A stretch of DNA of 64,000 bases from Clostridiales bacterium (GTDB lineage Bacteria > Bacillota > Clostridia > Lachnospirales > Lachnospiraceae), in assembly GCA_021201535.1 (NCBI GenBank), contig JAJQEU010000109.1, positions 1,998 through 65,997 on the forward strand. The letters run 5' to 3'. The position numbers and the translations under genes are program-made. Shown piece by piece: positions 30,659-40,398 of the stretch (its first letter is position 1; every line of letters begins with the position of its first letter). Under the pieces are notes generated by a model, which had not been told where the DNA came from, made no database searches, and saw only the letters and a program-made list of their open reading frames with translations.

Positions 30659-32533
30659 ATGAAAACAAAAGTACAGAGTTTTGGTAAATTCTTATCGGCA
30701 ATGGTAATGCCGAATATCGGCGCGCTGATCGCATTCGGCCTTCTCGCCGCGCTGTTTACGGACAACGGCTGGATCCCCAACGAGGGATTTAACAGCATCG
30801 TCAGTCCACTGCTGACCTACCTGATCCCGATCCTGATCGCCTCCACCGGCGGCAAGCTGGTCGCAGGCGAACGCGGACGGATCGTCGGAGCCATCGCGGT
30901 GGTCGGAGCCATCATGAGCGACACCAGCATCACGATGCTGATGGCCGCCATGGTCATGGGACCGCTGGCAGGCTTCTGCATGAAAAAATTTGACCAGTTT
31001 ATGGAAGGGCGGATGCCGGCAGGCTTCGAAATGCTGATCAACAACTTTTCCGCGGGCATCATCGGCATGCTGCTCGCCATCGTCGGTTACCTCGTCATCG
31101 GTCCGATCATGTCGGCCGTGCTGGTCGTGCTTTCGGGCGGCGTCAATATCCTGGTAAACAACGGGCTGCTCCCGCTTGTCGCGATTTTTATCGAACCGGC
31201 GAAGGTACTGTTTTTGAACAACGCGATTAACCACGGCATCTTCACACCGCTCGCGACAGCGCAGGCGGCGGAGACAGGCAAGTCCATCATGTACATGCTT
31301 GAGCCAAACCCCGGCCCCGGACTCGGCGTCCTGCTCGCCTACATGTTCTTCTGTAAAGATAAAAAGACAAAGGATTCGGCTCCGGGCGCTGTCATCATCC
31401 ACCTGCTCGGCGGTATCCATGAAATATATTTCCCATATATTCTGATGAATCCATTGGTGATCATTGCACCGATTGCGGGTAATATCGTAGCAATTTTCTG
31501 GTTCAACCTGACCGGCTGCGGACTGGTAGGACCGGCATCCCCCGGTTCCATCATCCTTTACCTGATGATGACGCCGGCATCCGACATGTTGAAAGTAATT
31601 ATCGGCGTGGCGATTGCAACAGCGATCTCCTTCCTCATCGCCTCTCCCATTGTCCGGAGAGCCGGCGGCAAGAGTCTCGAGGAAGCACAGCAGGAGGTAG
31701 CGTCACGAAAAGCAGAAGCAAAGGGGCTTACTGCAGAAGTCACTTCCGATGTGACAGTGAAATCTTCTGAAGTCAGAAAAATTATCTTTGCCTGCGATGC
31801 CGGCATGGGGTCCTCCGCGATGGGCGCGACAAAATTCCGCAACCGGATCAAAGCCCTGCGGCCGGATATTTCCGTAACAAATACATCCGTAGATACCATC
31901 CCGCCGGACTGCGATATCGCTGTTGTACAGACAACGCTGGCGGCCAGAGCGCAGAAATCAGCACCGCAGGCGGAGCTGATCACGATCGGAAACTTCCTGG
32001 CGGACCCGGCACTGGATGATCTGTACGAGCGGCTGACCTCGGGAGATAAAACGGTCATTGAAAGTAAAACAGAAAATACAGCTGAACGCGCCGCATCAGA
32101 AGAACCGGCAAAACCTCAGGTTATTATCGCGGACGGCATTAAGCTCGGTCAGAAACCCGTTTCCAAAGAGGACGCCATCCGGGCAGCCGGTGAACTTCTG
32201 GAAAAACTCGGCTATGTCGACCACAGCTATGTCGACGCTATGCAGGAGCGCGAAAAACTCACTACCACCTACATGGGCATGGGCGTTGCGATCCCCCACG
32301 GCACATCCGAAGCGAAGGGGCAGGTAAAAAAGACCGGCATCGTCTTCCTGCAGTATCCCGATGGCGTTGACTTCGGCGAGGAGAAAGCACAGCTCGTCTT
32401 CGGTATCGCAGGCATCGGCGATGAACATTTGGATCTTCTGGCAAAAATCTGCACCATGCTGGAGGATGAGGATCGTCTGGAAACACTGAAGACTACAGGC
32501 GACGCAGACTGGGTATTGGAGCAATTGACGTGA
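30659..32533 (+). CDS. mtlA: Mannitol-family PTS EIICBA
   Basis: VQSFGKFLSAMVMPNIGA, NNAINHGIF, GGIHEIYFP, EIIB FACDAGMGSSAMGA and EIIA GVAIPHGT; substrate not proven. Confidence 0.85.
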   Translation: MKTKVQSFGKFLSAMVMPNIGALIAFGLLAALFTDNGWIPNEGFNSIVSPLLTYLIPILIASTGGKLVAGERGRIVGAIAVVGAIMSDTSITMLMAAMVMGPLAGFCMKKFDQFMEGRMPAGFEMLINNFSAGIIGMLLAIVGYLVIGPIMSAVLVVLSGGVNILVNNGLLPLVAIFIEPAKVLFLNNAINHGIFTPLATAQAAETGKSIMYMLEPNPGPGLGVLLAYMFFCKDKKTKDSAPGAVIIHLLGGIHEIYFPYILMNPLVIIAPIAGNIVAIFWFNLTGCGLVGPASPGSIILYLMMTPASDMLKVIIGVAIATAISFLIASPIVRRAGGKSLEEAQQEVASRKAEAKGLTAEVTSDVTVKSSEVRKIIFACDAGMGSSAMGATKFRNRIKALRPDISVTNTSVDTIPPDCDIAVVQTTLAARAQKSAPQAELITIGNFLADPALDDLYERLTSGDKTVIESKTENTAERAASEEPAKPQVIIADGIKLGQKPVSKEDAIRAAGELLEKLGYVDHSYVDAMQEREKLTTTYMGMGVAIPHGTSEAKGQVKKTGIVFLQYPDGVDFGEEKAQLVFGIAGIGDEHLDLLAKICTMLEDEDRLETLKTTGDADWVLEQLT

Positions 32534-32669
32534 TGCATCCGCTATACCACACAAATACGCCTGTAGATTTCGGACAAAGCCGAAGAAGAACGACAGAAGG
32601 AAGCCTTTCACATTGCAACAATTTAACACTACTATATAACACTACCATAAATAACAGGAGGAATTTACT

Positions 32670-32933
32670 ATGAAGACATTTGAGTACACAATCAAAGATA
32701 ACGAAGGTATCCACGCACGCCCGGCCGGACTGCTCGTAAAGGAGATTGCAAACTACGAATCAGCAGTTTCCATCACATCCAACGCCACCGGCAAAAAAGT
32801 AAAAGCCAGCAGCGTCATGATGCTGATGACCCTCGGCGTGAAGAAGGGCATGACCATCACAGTGACCGTAGAGGGAGCCGACGAAGACAACGCCGCGGCA
32901 GGCATTCAGGCATTCCTGAAAGCAAACCTGTAA
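32670..32933 (+). CDS. ptsH: Phosphocarrier protein HPr
   Basis: GIHARPA (His15); 87 aa. Confidence 0.92.
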   Translation: MKTFEYTIKDNEGIHARPAGLLVKEIANYESAVSITSNATGKKVKASSVMMLMTLGVKKGMTITVTVEGADEDNAAAGIQAFLKANL

Positions 32934-33075
32934 TCAAAGGTGCGATTCACAGTGTATTGGTTTTTGAAAACAGAGTCGTCGTGCCTGCACGTAAGAAACT
33001 GTTTTCAGACGCCAATACAACCTGTGAAGAGGGGGACTGTGAAGCGTAACCCTCATTTTTGAAAGGAGAAGCCAC

Positions 33076-34689
33076 ATGGAACAATACACAGGCAAATCCA
33101 TTTTTAAGAAAATTGCGATTGGCAGGGTTTACCTCTATCAAAAAAAAGAAAACTCCGTGCGCCGGGAGCATGTAGAAGACGTTGAGCAGGAAATCAAACG
33201 CTTTGAGGCGGCAAAAACCGTCGCCCTCGGCCAGCTGGAACGCATCTACCAGAAAGCCTTAAAGGAAGTCGGCGAGGACAACGCCGCCGTGTTCGAAGTT
33301 CACATGATGATGATGGACGACGAAGGCTTTGTTGACTCCATCTGCCACATTATCCGGGAACAGAAGGTGAATGCGGAGTATGCCGTGGCGACAACCGGCG
33401 ACAATTTTTCCGCCATGTTTGCTCAGATGGACGACGATTACATGAGAGCCCGCGCGGCGGACGTCAAGGACATCTCCGAGCGTCTGGTCTCCGTACTGTG
33501 CGGCAGGGAAACCGACATGGGCAGCCTGGACGAGCCGGTCGTTCTGATGGCGGATGATCTGGCGCCCAGCGAGACCGTCCAACTGGACAAAGCAAAAATT
33601 CTCGCCTTCGTGACCCGCCATGGCTCCTCAAATTCCCACACAGCCATTCTGGCCCGCACCATGAACATCCCGGCGATCATCGGCATCGACGTGCAGGATG
33701 AATGGAAGGGAAAAACCGTTATCGTGGACGGATATACCGGAAATGTGACCATCGATCCGGATCCGGAATACCTGAAGACCATGACAGAAAAAATGCAGGC
33801 GGATGTGAAAAAGCAGGAGCTGTTAAAAGAACTGAAGGGAAAAGAAACCGTCACGAAAAACGGACGAAAAATCCATCTTTACGCCAACATCGGCGGCGTA
33901 AAAGATGTCGCCTCCGTCCTGCAAAACGACGGCGAGGGCATCGGCCTGTTCCGGAGTGAATTTCTCTATCTCGAATCCGACGATTTCCCCACGGAAGAGG
34001 AGCAGTTCCAGGCATACAAGACCGTAGCCGAAAACATGGCCGGCAAAAAGGTCATCGTGCGGACACTGGATATCGGCGCGGACAAACAGGTCGATTATTT
34101 CGGTCTGGCAAAAGAGGACAATCCGGCGATGGGATATCGCGCTATCCGCATCTGTCTGGATCAGCCGGAAATCTTCCGCACGCAGCTACGGGCGCTCCTT
34201 CGGGCCAGCGCTTACGGAAACATCTCCATCATGTTCCCCATGATCATCTCCGTCCAGGAGGTGCTGGAGTGTAAACGAATCCTCGCAGAAGTGAAAGCTG
34301 AATTGAAAGCAGAGGGTATCGCGTACAAGGACGTGGAAGTGGGCATCATGATTGAAACGCCGGCCTCCGTCTGGATCAGCGAAGAACTCGGACGCGAAGT
34401 CGATTTCTTCAGCATCGGCACCAACGACCTGACCCAGTACACGCTGGCAATCGACCGGCAGAATGCGAAGCTGGACAACATCAACGATCCGCACCATCCG
34501 GCCGTCCTGCGGTCCATTCAGACCGTCATCGAAAACGGTCACAAGGGCGGCGCCTGGGTCGGCATCTGCGGCGAACTCGGCGCGGATACCACACTGACCG
34601 AAACCTTTGTGAATATGGGAATCGATGAGCTGTCCGTATCGCCGTCGTTTATCCTGCCGGTGCGGGACGCCGTGAGGAAGCTGGATTAA
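33076..34689 (+). CDS. ptsI: PTS enzyme I
   Basis: GSSNSHTAILAR, GIGLFRSE, RTLDIGADK, FSIGTNDL and GICGE. Confidence 0.96.
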   Translation: MEQYTGKSIFKKIAIGRVYLYQKKENSVRREHVEDVEQEIKRFEAAKTVALGQLERIYQKALKEVGEDNAAVFEVHMMMMDDEGFVDSICHIIREQKVNAEYAVATTGDNFSAMFAQMDDDYMRARAADVKDISERLVSVLCGRETDMGSLDEPVVLMADDLAPSETVQLDKAKILAFVTRHGSSNSHTAILARTMNIPAIIGIDVQDEWKGKTVIVDGYTGNVTIDPDPEYLKTMTEKMQADVKKQELLKELKGKETVTKNGRKIHLYANIGGVKDVASVLQNDGEGIGLFRSEFLYLESDDFPTEEEQFQAYKTVAENMAGKKVIVRTLDIGADKQVDYFGLAKEDNPAMGYRAIRICLDQPEIFRTQLRALLRASAYGNISIMFPMIISVQEVLECKRILAEVKAELKAEGIAYKDVEVGIMIETPASVWISEELGREVDFFSIGTNDLTQYTLAIDRQNAKLDNINDPHHPAVLRSIQTVIENGHKGGAWVGICGELGADTTLTETFVNMGIDELSVSPSFILPVRDAVRKLD

Positions 34690-34755
34690 AACAGCAAACA
34701 TCTCAAAACACGCTTCCGCCAGCTGATTCGCAGCTGCCGGATTCGACGCACACAT

Positions 34756-34781
34756 AAATCCCCGGCTTAAGCCGGGGATTT
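34756..34781. repeat. Perfect 26-bp palindrome (CCCCGGCT family, copy 1)
   Basis: AAATCCCCGGCTTAAGCCGGGGATTT. Confidence 0.8.
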
Positions 34782-34783
34782 GT

Positions 34784-34888
34784 AGCAAGCATGTGAATAA
34801 CATTCTCAAGAAGACACATATCATAGCCGCGCTTCTTCATGAGCTTATAGTCCTTTTTGAAAGCAGTCTGATATTTAATCGTCCGTAT
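34784..34888 (-). pseudogene. YafQ-family toxin remnant (start ATG to ATA, truncated after ~35 codons)
   Basis: Manual translation (I)RTIKYQTAFKKDYKLMKKRGYDMCLLENVIHMLA overlapping the upstream stop; similarity ends at the palindrome. Confidence 0.75.
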
Positions 34889-36029
34889 CTAAATCCTCCA
34901 TTAACTCATACACAGATGAAAAACCACGGCTTAACCCTACGCCGTTTCTGGCGTCTTCAATGGCTTTCACCGTCTCAGCATTCGGCAGAGGATTTTTTGC
35001 TTTTTCTTTGCCCTTTTCATGCCATTCATTCAAAACAGCTTCCACTTGTGCTATTAACTGCTCTTTGTTCGGGATATAGGAAACATATCTGGAAGCAAAG
35101 ATTGTATTTGACAGACCACCGAGAGCATATTCAGCAGCTATGCTATCTTTGTCTGTACAAAGGATAATCCCGATTGGCGGGTTATCATGTTCATCGTTTA
35201 CTTCTGCGGTGTAATAATTCAGATACATATTGAGTTGTCCAACTGCTTCCGGCGTAAGTTTGGCTGTTTTCAGTTCAAACAGCACATATGCCCGGAGAAT
35301 TTTGTTGTAGAAAACCATATCCACATAATAATGTACATTGTTAAGCGTTATGCGCTGCTGCGTACCCACAAACATAAAGCCACGCCCTAATTCTAAGAGG
35401 AATTTCTCTATTTGCGCCACAAGTGCTTTCTCAAGATTGCTTTCAAGCATAGGCTTATTCTCCGGCACACCCAGAAATTCAAATACATAAGGGTCTTTAA
35501 TCATGTCCAGAGGTGTAGCCATTTCAATTCCTTTTTTTGCAAGAGCAAGTACCGTTTCTCTATTTGTTTTTCCCTCTGACAGTAATAGCCGTTCATAGAG
35601 CGATGTGGAAATCTGGCGTTTCAGTTCCCGTATTGACCATCCAGAGTTAACAGCTTCCTTTTCATAGAAACTGCGTTTATCCACGTCGGAAATAGATAAA
35701 AGTTCGCAATAATGCGACCAACTCAATTTGCCAGACACTGTCTGGCAAATTGGATAAGCAAGATAAAACGCCCTCATATTCTGTAAATTGGAGCGTGAAA
35801 ACCCTTTCCCAAACTCCTGCGTCAAATCTTTCGAAAGCTGTTTTAAAGTTTGTCTCCCGTAACCTGCCCGTTCCCTGTTTTCCTGTTCATACTCTACAAT
35901 AATTCTGCCCACATTCCAGTAGGTAGAAAGAAGTTCGGTATTTACCTGTACCGCCACGTTCTGACGTGCACTTATCAGTAATTCCCTGATTTCGTTTATC
36001 ATGGAATCATTATATGTTAAGTCGTTCAT
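34875..36029 (-). CDS. YhcG/DUF1016 PD-(D/E)XK nuclease-domain protein with a fused DinJ/RelB-like C-terminal tail
   Basis: YWNVGR.IV, GKGFS.SNL..MR.FY, LSWSHY, KDPYVFEFL, FLLELGRGF, DMVFYN..L..YV.FELK, GQLNMY and PPIGIILC; extra 37-aa tail PNAETVKAIEDARNG...ELMEDL. Confidence 0.88.
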   Translation of the reverse strand: MNDLTYNDSMINEIRELLISARQNVAVQVNTELLSTYWNVGRIIVEYEQENRERAGYGRQTLKQLSKDLTQEFGKGFSRSNLQNMRAFYLAYPICQTVSGKLSWSHYCELLSISDVDKRSFYEKEAVNSGWSIRELKRQISTSLYERLLLSEGKTNRETVLALAKKGIEMATPLDMIKDPYVFEFLGVPENKPMLESNLEKALVAQIEKFLLELGRGFMFVGTQQRITLNNVHYYVDMVFYNKILRAYVLFELKTAKLTPEAVGQLNMYLNYYTAEVNDEHDNPPIGIILCTDKDSIAAEYALGGLSNTIFASRYVSYIPNKEQLIAQVEAVLNEWHEKGKEKAKNPLPNAETVKAIEDARNGVGLSRGFSSVYELMEDLDTDD

Positions 36030-36170
36030 TTTTACCGCCCTCTTTAATGTGTGATGCAATCAAAGTATAACACAAAAGCTACTCTATTTCCATAGTATCA
36101 AATTTATAAAATTCTTATATGAAAGAAGCTCCGGCAAACTTTTTATAATAGTCGCCCCTTATAAAAATGG

Positions 36171-36821
36171 TCAGACTATTTCGCCATTTTCCATTTCATA
36201 TACCTGATCGCAGAGAATGCTTATATCCTCCGCGCTGTGGCTGGCAATCAGAAGCAGCTTATCCTGCGTTCTCAGTGACAGAAGCAACTTACGAACCTCC
36301 GCCACACCATGTTTATCCAAACCATTCATCGGTTCGTCCAAGACTAATACCGACGGCTGTTCCATAATCGCCTGTGCCAGGCCAAGACGCTGCCTCATCT
36401 CCAGACTGTATTTTTTCACCGGCATTTTCGATTCCGGATCCAATCCGGTCTGTCTCATTGCCTTTTTCATATCTTCTTTTGTTATTTTGTTTTTGATGCC
36501 TGCCAGCACAACCAGATTCTTTAACCCACTATAATAGGGAATGAATCCGGGTGTTTCAATAATAATGCCTGCATCCGGCAGATAATCTACATCCTTACCT
36601 ATGATTTTTCCGTCCGCTTTCACATATCCTTCCGTGGGTTTTACAAAACCGCAGATGCAGCGCATAAGCATAGTTTTCCCGCATCCGTTATTTCCCACCA
36701 GCCCATAAATGTGCCCGCTTTCCAATCGCAGGGAAATATTATTTAAAATTTCTTTTTTACTCAGTGTCAGAGAGACTCTGTTTACTTCGATCACTTTATT
36801 CACCCCGTTTATTTCAAACAT
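36171..36821 (-). CDS. ABC transporter ATP-binding subunit
   Basis: Walker A GNNGCGKT, Walker B LVLDEP and H-loop IASH; signature reads YSLEMRQR. Confidence 0.92.
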   Translation of the reverse strand: MFEINGVNKVIEVNRVSLTLSKKEILNNISLRLESGHIYGLVGNNGCGKTMLMRCICGFVKPTEGYVKADGKIIGKDVDYLPDAGIIIETPGFIPYYSGLKNLVVLAGIKNKITKEDMKKAMRQTGLDPESKMPVKKYSLEMRQRLGLAQAIMEQPSVLVLDEPMNGLDKHGVAEVRKLLLSLRTQDKLLLIASHSAEDISILCDQVYEMENGEIV

Positions 36822-36945
36822 CTCCGCAGCTTTTCCATCCTCACGTTTCTTTTTTGCGTCTTAAAAACATTCGACCTGTGCGGTTGGACGCTCTGTGGCG
36901 CGTCCAACCCTGCTCACACATTCGCAAAACCCGCGTTTCTTCCGG

Positions 36946-37797
36946 CTACAGCACCCGATATCTCCGCGATACAATCAGGCTGACCGCTATGAGCCCGATA
37001 CTTCCCGCCGCCAGATAAACATAAGACCCCCACATCGGGAAAACCATCTCGCTCAGATACTCTTCATAATGCACCCATGGGACGATGTGTGTGATGGGAA
37101 AAAGCCACATTCCCTTCATCTTCACCTCCATAAAGACCACTCCCATAATAAGCAAAAACGCATTGATCAGCACTCCCGCATACTTTTGGTTGCAAAGCGA
37201 AGCCGCTAAAAGTATCATAGCAATTACAATAAAATGAAGCAGCAGCAGAAAAAATGAATGAACCAGCGCTTCTGGAAGCGACATCTGCTGATACAAATTG
37301 CCCGGCACAAGTTCAACAACATAATCTCCTGTCCGATCCGGATAAGCGGATGTAAAATGTGTCATCGCATCTGAAAATCCCATCTGCCATGTTCCGCATC
37401 CCATCATCATGAGGCAGGTGATCCAAAAGAGAACCCCAACCACAAAAAGACTCGCCTTCACTGCAAAAAGCACCTGTCCCGCAATCCAGATTTTTTTCTC
37501 ACAGCGTATCTGATAAAACAGATGTATTCCGCTTTTTTGCGGAAAATCAGCCAGAAGAACTAAAAACAAAAGCGGCAGTACCAACAGCACCACCCCTGAA
37601 TTGCTCAGTGCAATAAATCCCTCCAAAACCGACACCGGTTCTCCCATAAGATCGGCGCATTCTGCCAGCGGGGCAACAACCTGTACATGAATAAACACTG
37701 CCATTACTGCCAGTATAATCAATCTGCTGTTCCTTAACCACTGCCGGAATTCCGCAGATGATATGCGCCATATCATGCAGCCCGCTGTATTACCCAT
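36946..37797 (-). CDS. Multi-TM ABC-2-type permease-like protein
   Basis: About six hydrophobic segments; directly upstream of the ATPase; start overlaps the previous stop. Confidence 0.7.
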   Translation of the reverse strand: MGNTAGCMIWRISSAEFRQWLRNSRLIILAVMAVFIHVQVVAPLAECADLMGEPVSVLEGFIALSNSGVVLLVLPLLFLVLLADFPQKSGIHLFYQIRCEKKIWIAGQVLFAVKASLFVVGVLFWITCLMMMGCGTWQMGFSDAMTHFTSAYPDRTGDYVVELVPGNLYQQMSLPEALVHSFFLLLLHFIVIAMILLAASLCNQKYAGVLINAFLLIMGVVFMEVKMKGMWLFPITHIVPWVHYEEYLSEMVFPMWGSYVYLAAGSIGLIAVSLIVSRRYRVL

Positions 37798-38534
37798 TAC
37801 ACCCTCTCCTCTGCACTTCCATATAAAACGCCACAAACAGGCCGGCATATACGGTCAGCATAAAAAACATCGACACATACCAGTACCTGTTCCCGGAAAT
37901 ATTCACAACAGAATCCATAAAAAAGGCTGAAATCAGCTCTGTCCGGTCTCCCGCACCTGAAAAGCTTTCATTCAGTAATCTCTGTAATACCTGTATGTAA
38001 ATATAATTAAGAAGAAACGGCAGGCAGAGCAGCATATATTTATCCCGGATTAAAATGGCCGCGCCCAAACCGAACACACACGCAAACATGCCGTACAGAA
38101 AAATCCCCAGAAGCCTCTTCACCACAAATATCGTTATTCCGGCGCCGCCCCCGTAAAGCTGAAGCCAGATCGTCTGTTCATCCTGGGGAAATGCAGAAAA
38201 CCCCGGAAATACCGACATCATCACAAGTCCAAAAATGCCATATCCCGCCGTAAAACCAATCCCCCCTGCCAGAGCGCCCCCTGTCAGTTTAGATATACTG
38301 TATCTGAAATTCCCCATACGGATCAGCTGAAATCCTGTCTCCCCGCTCTGCCGCTCCGAAGATAACGTTACCAGATATCCAAAACTCAAAAGCAAAGGAA
38401 GCAGCAGCGGAAGCCAACCGCTTAACACCTGCATCCACATCACCAGATCGCTTTTCCCGATTTCCGCTGCCGCCTCCTTTTCCGTTTGCAGCATCAGCGC
38501 AAAAATCGTAATACTCTTTCCGGTATAATCATAA
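37790..38534 (-). pseudogene. ABC permease-like gene, 3' fragment (split by the IS)
   Basis: Hydrophobic ORF whose native frame resumes at ..DYTGKSITIF just outside the IS inverted repeat. Confidence 0.75.
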
Positions 38535-40398
38535 TATAGGCTCTCGGAATCTTGAGCCTCCCGGCCGAATTTCAGCGGCCGACTGAACATTGAAAAGTAA
38601 ATATTATCCAAAATGCAACGGTTATAGCGCAGTTTAGTAAAAAAGAGCGCAGAGTAGTAGACCATATTCAAAACATGGCTTATAATGGTATTGCTTATTC
38701 AGATAAGCGGCCTGCTAAAAGAGATCTCTGAGGCGTGAAGTCTTTGGCGGGTCCCAGGCATCAAGATGTTGGCACATCATGATGCAGAACAGGCGGCAGT
38801 ACCACATCTTAGTTGAACGGTATCTGCCGTCTTCTATTTTATAGTCTACTTTCTCACGTTTATTACAGCGTTCTGCGGAGGTTCTGGCATTATATTCCAT
38901 TTTCCATTCTTTGCTGCTGCGCGGCGGGTTATTGAATAACCTTGGGTTGTCTTTCATGGCAAGATGAACCGTCCTGCCGTATTTCGCATCCGAGCAGGGA
39001 TTTTCACAGGTACATGTAATTTTTCCACCTGCAAAGCTGATCTTCGGGCATTTGAATTTGGTCCTGCCTTTATCGACTTCCGTGCCGTCGCGTCGCATGG
39101 TATATCCTTCGCGGCACACGGGGACGCCATCATTGTTGATTGTGAAATCATCTTTATAAACTGGCGGCCGCCCGCCTTTTCCATTGAGGTCAATAAATGG
39201 CGTGATTCCCTGTTCACGGCAGTATGTATAAACAGGCATGGCATCATGCGCGGAGTCAAGAAGCAGCTTTTTGACGACTGCTTCGGGGAGAAACTGTTTC
39301 ATGGAGAACCAGTTATAAAGGAACCCATGGGAATCATGCCTGGAAGCGGGTCCCAGAAAAGGAAATACAGGAAGGTCATTCTCTGAATCCGAAGCGGTCA
39401 GCATATACAGGTCATAACCAAAGTAGTAGCAGTTCCGAAGGGAATCCCAGCCGATGTTGCAGTCAGGCTGGCTGTAGGTGCGGTTGCATTTACAGTTATG
39501 GATTCCTTTTTCGAGGCAGTCACAGGTACGTTTTTTTCGCTCTCTGGCGGCGGTACGGATGGGGGTCCCATCGCCTGCGAGGGAAAGAGAAAAAAGATTA
39601 ATCAGGCCATCGGCTGCAGAGCGTTTGAGAAAGAGAGTGCTGAAAATCTCGTAGAGCATCCGGCAGGGTTCCATATCATGGGGAGGATCCTGCTCAAAGC
39701 GCTCAAAGAGTTCTTTGACAGTTACTTTCTCAACAGGGGCAGCTTTTTCTCCATTTTTAGATGGCTTTTTGGGTTTTTCTTTCGGCGGATGGACAGAATC
39801 TGAAATATTATTTTTATCAGAGAGCCAGAGCCGCCTTTGAAAGTCGTAAAAGGTAGCGGTGCCCGGTGTATCGCCAACGAGAAAACCGGAAATGATGGCA
39901 TGAAGGTGGTTTTCCTTCAGGTCAGCAGCCCACTTGGTATAGGAGACAATACCGAATTCCACGGAAACAAGGATGGATCGAAGCATATCGGAAGGGAGCC
40001 TTGGCTCAGGGCCGAAGACAGAATACCGGTCCCGCATGATGGAATCGACCTCGGAGAGGTCAAGATTCCAGAACTTTTCCATAATCTCCCAGGTGGAAGA
40101 AGAAAGGGAATTTGGGGCATCAGGATAATATTTACGAAGCTGTGCCAGGACACGATCCTGGTAGGCGGCATGGCCGCCGGAATTAACAGGTTTCATATGT
40201 GCACCTCCAATCAAGCGTGAAATATCTTCTTGATTGAAGGGCGCGCCTCGCAGCCTCTGGCGAGGCAAAGACAGCAAGGCGCGCCGCACATTTTACCCCA
40301 TTTGTCAATAGTTTTTTTTGAAAAAAGTGGGGGGAATTAAAAAAAAGGGGTCTTAAAAAGCCATGTTTTATGCAGGGTTGAGATTCCGAGAGTCTATA
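38535..40398 (-). mobile_element. Insertion sequence (~1.86 kb), DDE type, family uncertain
   Basis: Terminal inverted repeats TATAG[G/A]CTCTCGGAATCT (17/18 match) flanked by TAA (38532-34 and 40399-401). An alternative boundary 38539-40394 with a TA duplication also fits. Confidence 0.88.
38715..40196 (-). CDS. IS transposase (DDE, IS4/IS5/IS1182-like)
   Basis: LAGDGTP, YYFGY, LLLDSAHDA and YNARTSAERCNKREK; Cys-rich insert; GGAGG RBS before MKPVN. Confidence 0.85.
   Translation of the reverse strand: MKPVNSGGHAAYQDRVLAQLRKYYPDAPNSLSSSTWEIMEKFWNLDLSEVDSIMRDRYSVFGPEPRLPSDMLRSILVSVEFGIVSYTKWAADLKENHLHAIISGFLVGDTPGTATFYDFQRRLWLSDKNNISDSVHPPKEKPKKPSKNGEKAAPVEKVTVKELFERFEQDPPHDMEPCRMLYEIFSTLFLKRSAADGLINLFSLSLAGDGTPIRTAARERKKRTCDCLEKGIHNCKCNRTYSQPDCNIGWDSLRNCYYFGYDLYMLTASDSENDLPVFPFLGPASRHDSHGFLYNWFSMKQFLPEAVVKKLLLDSAHDAMPVYTYCREQGITPFIDLNGKGGRPPVYKDDFTINNDGVPVCREGYTMRRDGTEVDKGRTKFKCPKISFAGGKITCTCENPCSDAKYGRTVHLAMKDNPRLFNNPPRSSKEWKMEYNARTSAERCNKREKVDYKIEDGRYRSTKMWYCRLFCIMMCQHLDAWDPPKTSRLRDLF

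Noticed and set aside
33019-33052. CTGTGAAG twice between ptsH and ptsI as a REP copy
   Set aside because: Only the left arm matches and there is no closing AACAGTTAC.
36882-36909. GGTTGGACGC/GCGTCCAACC hairpin between permease and ATPase
   Set aside because: Single copy and no U-tract; probably an mRNA-stabilising stem with no further support.
38535-38671. First ~45 codons of ORF 37790..38671 as native permease sequence
   Set aside because: They lie inside the IS; the native 5' end is at 40399-40505.
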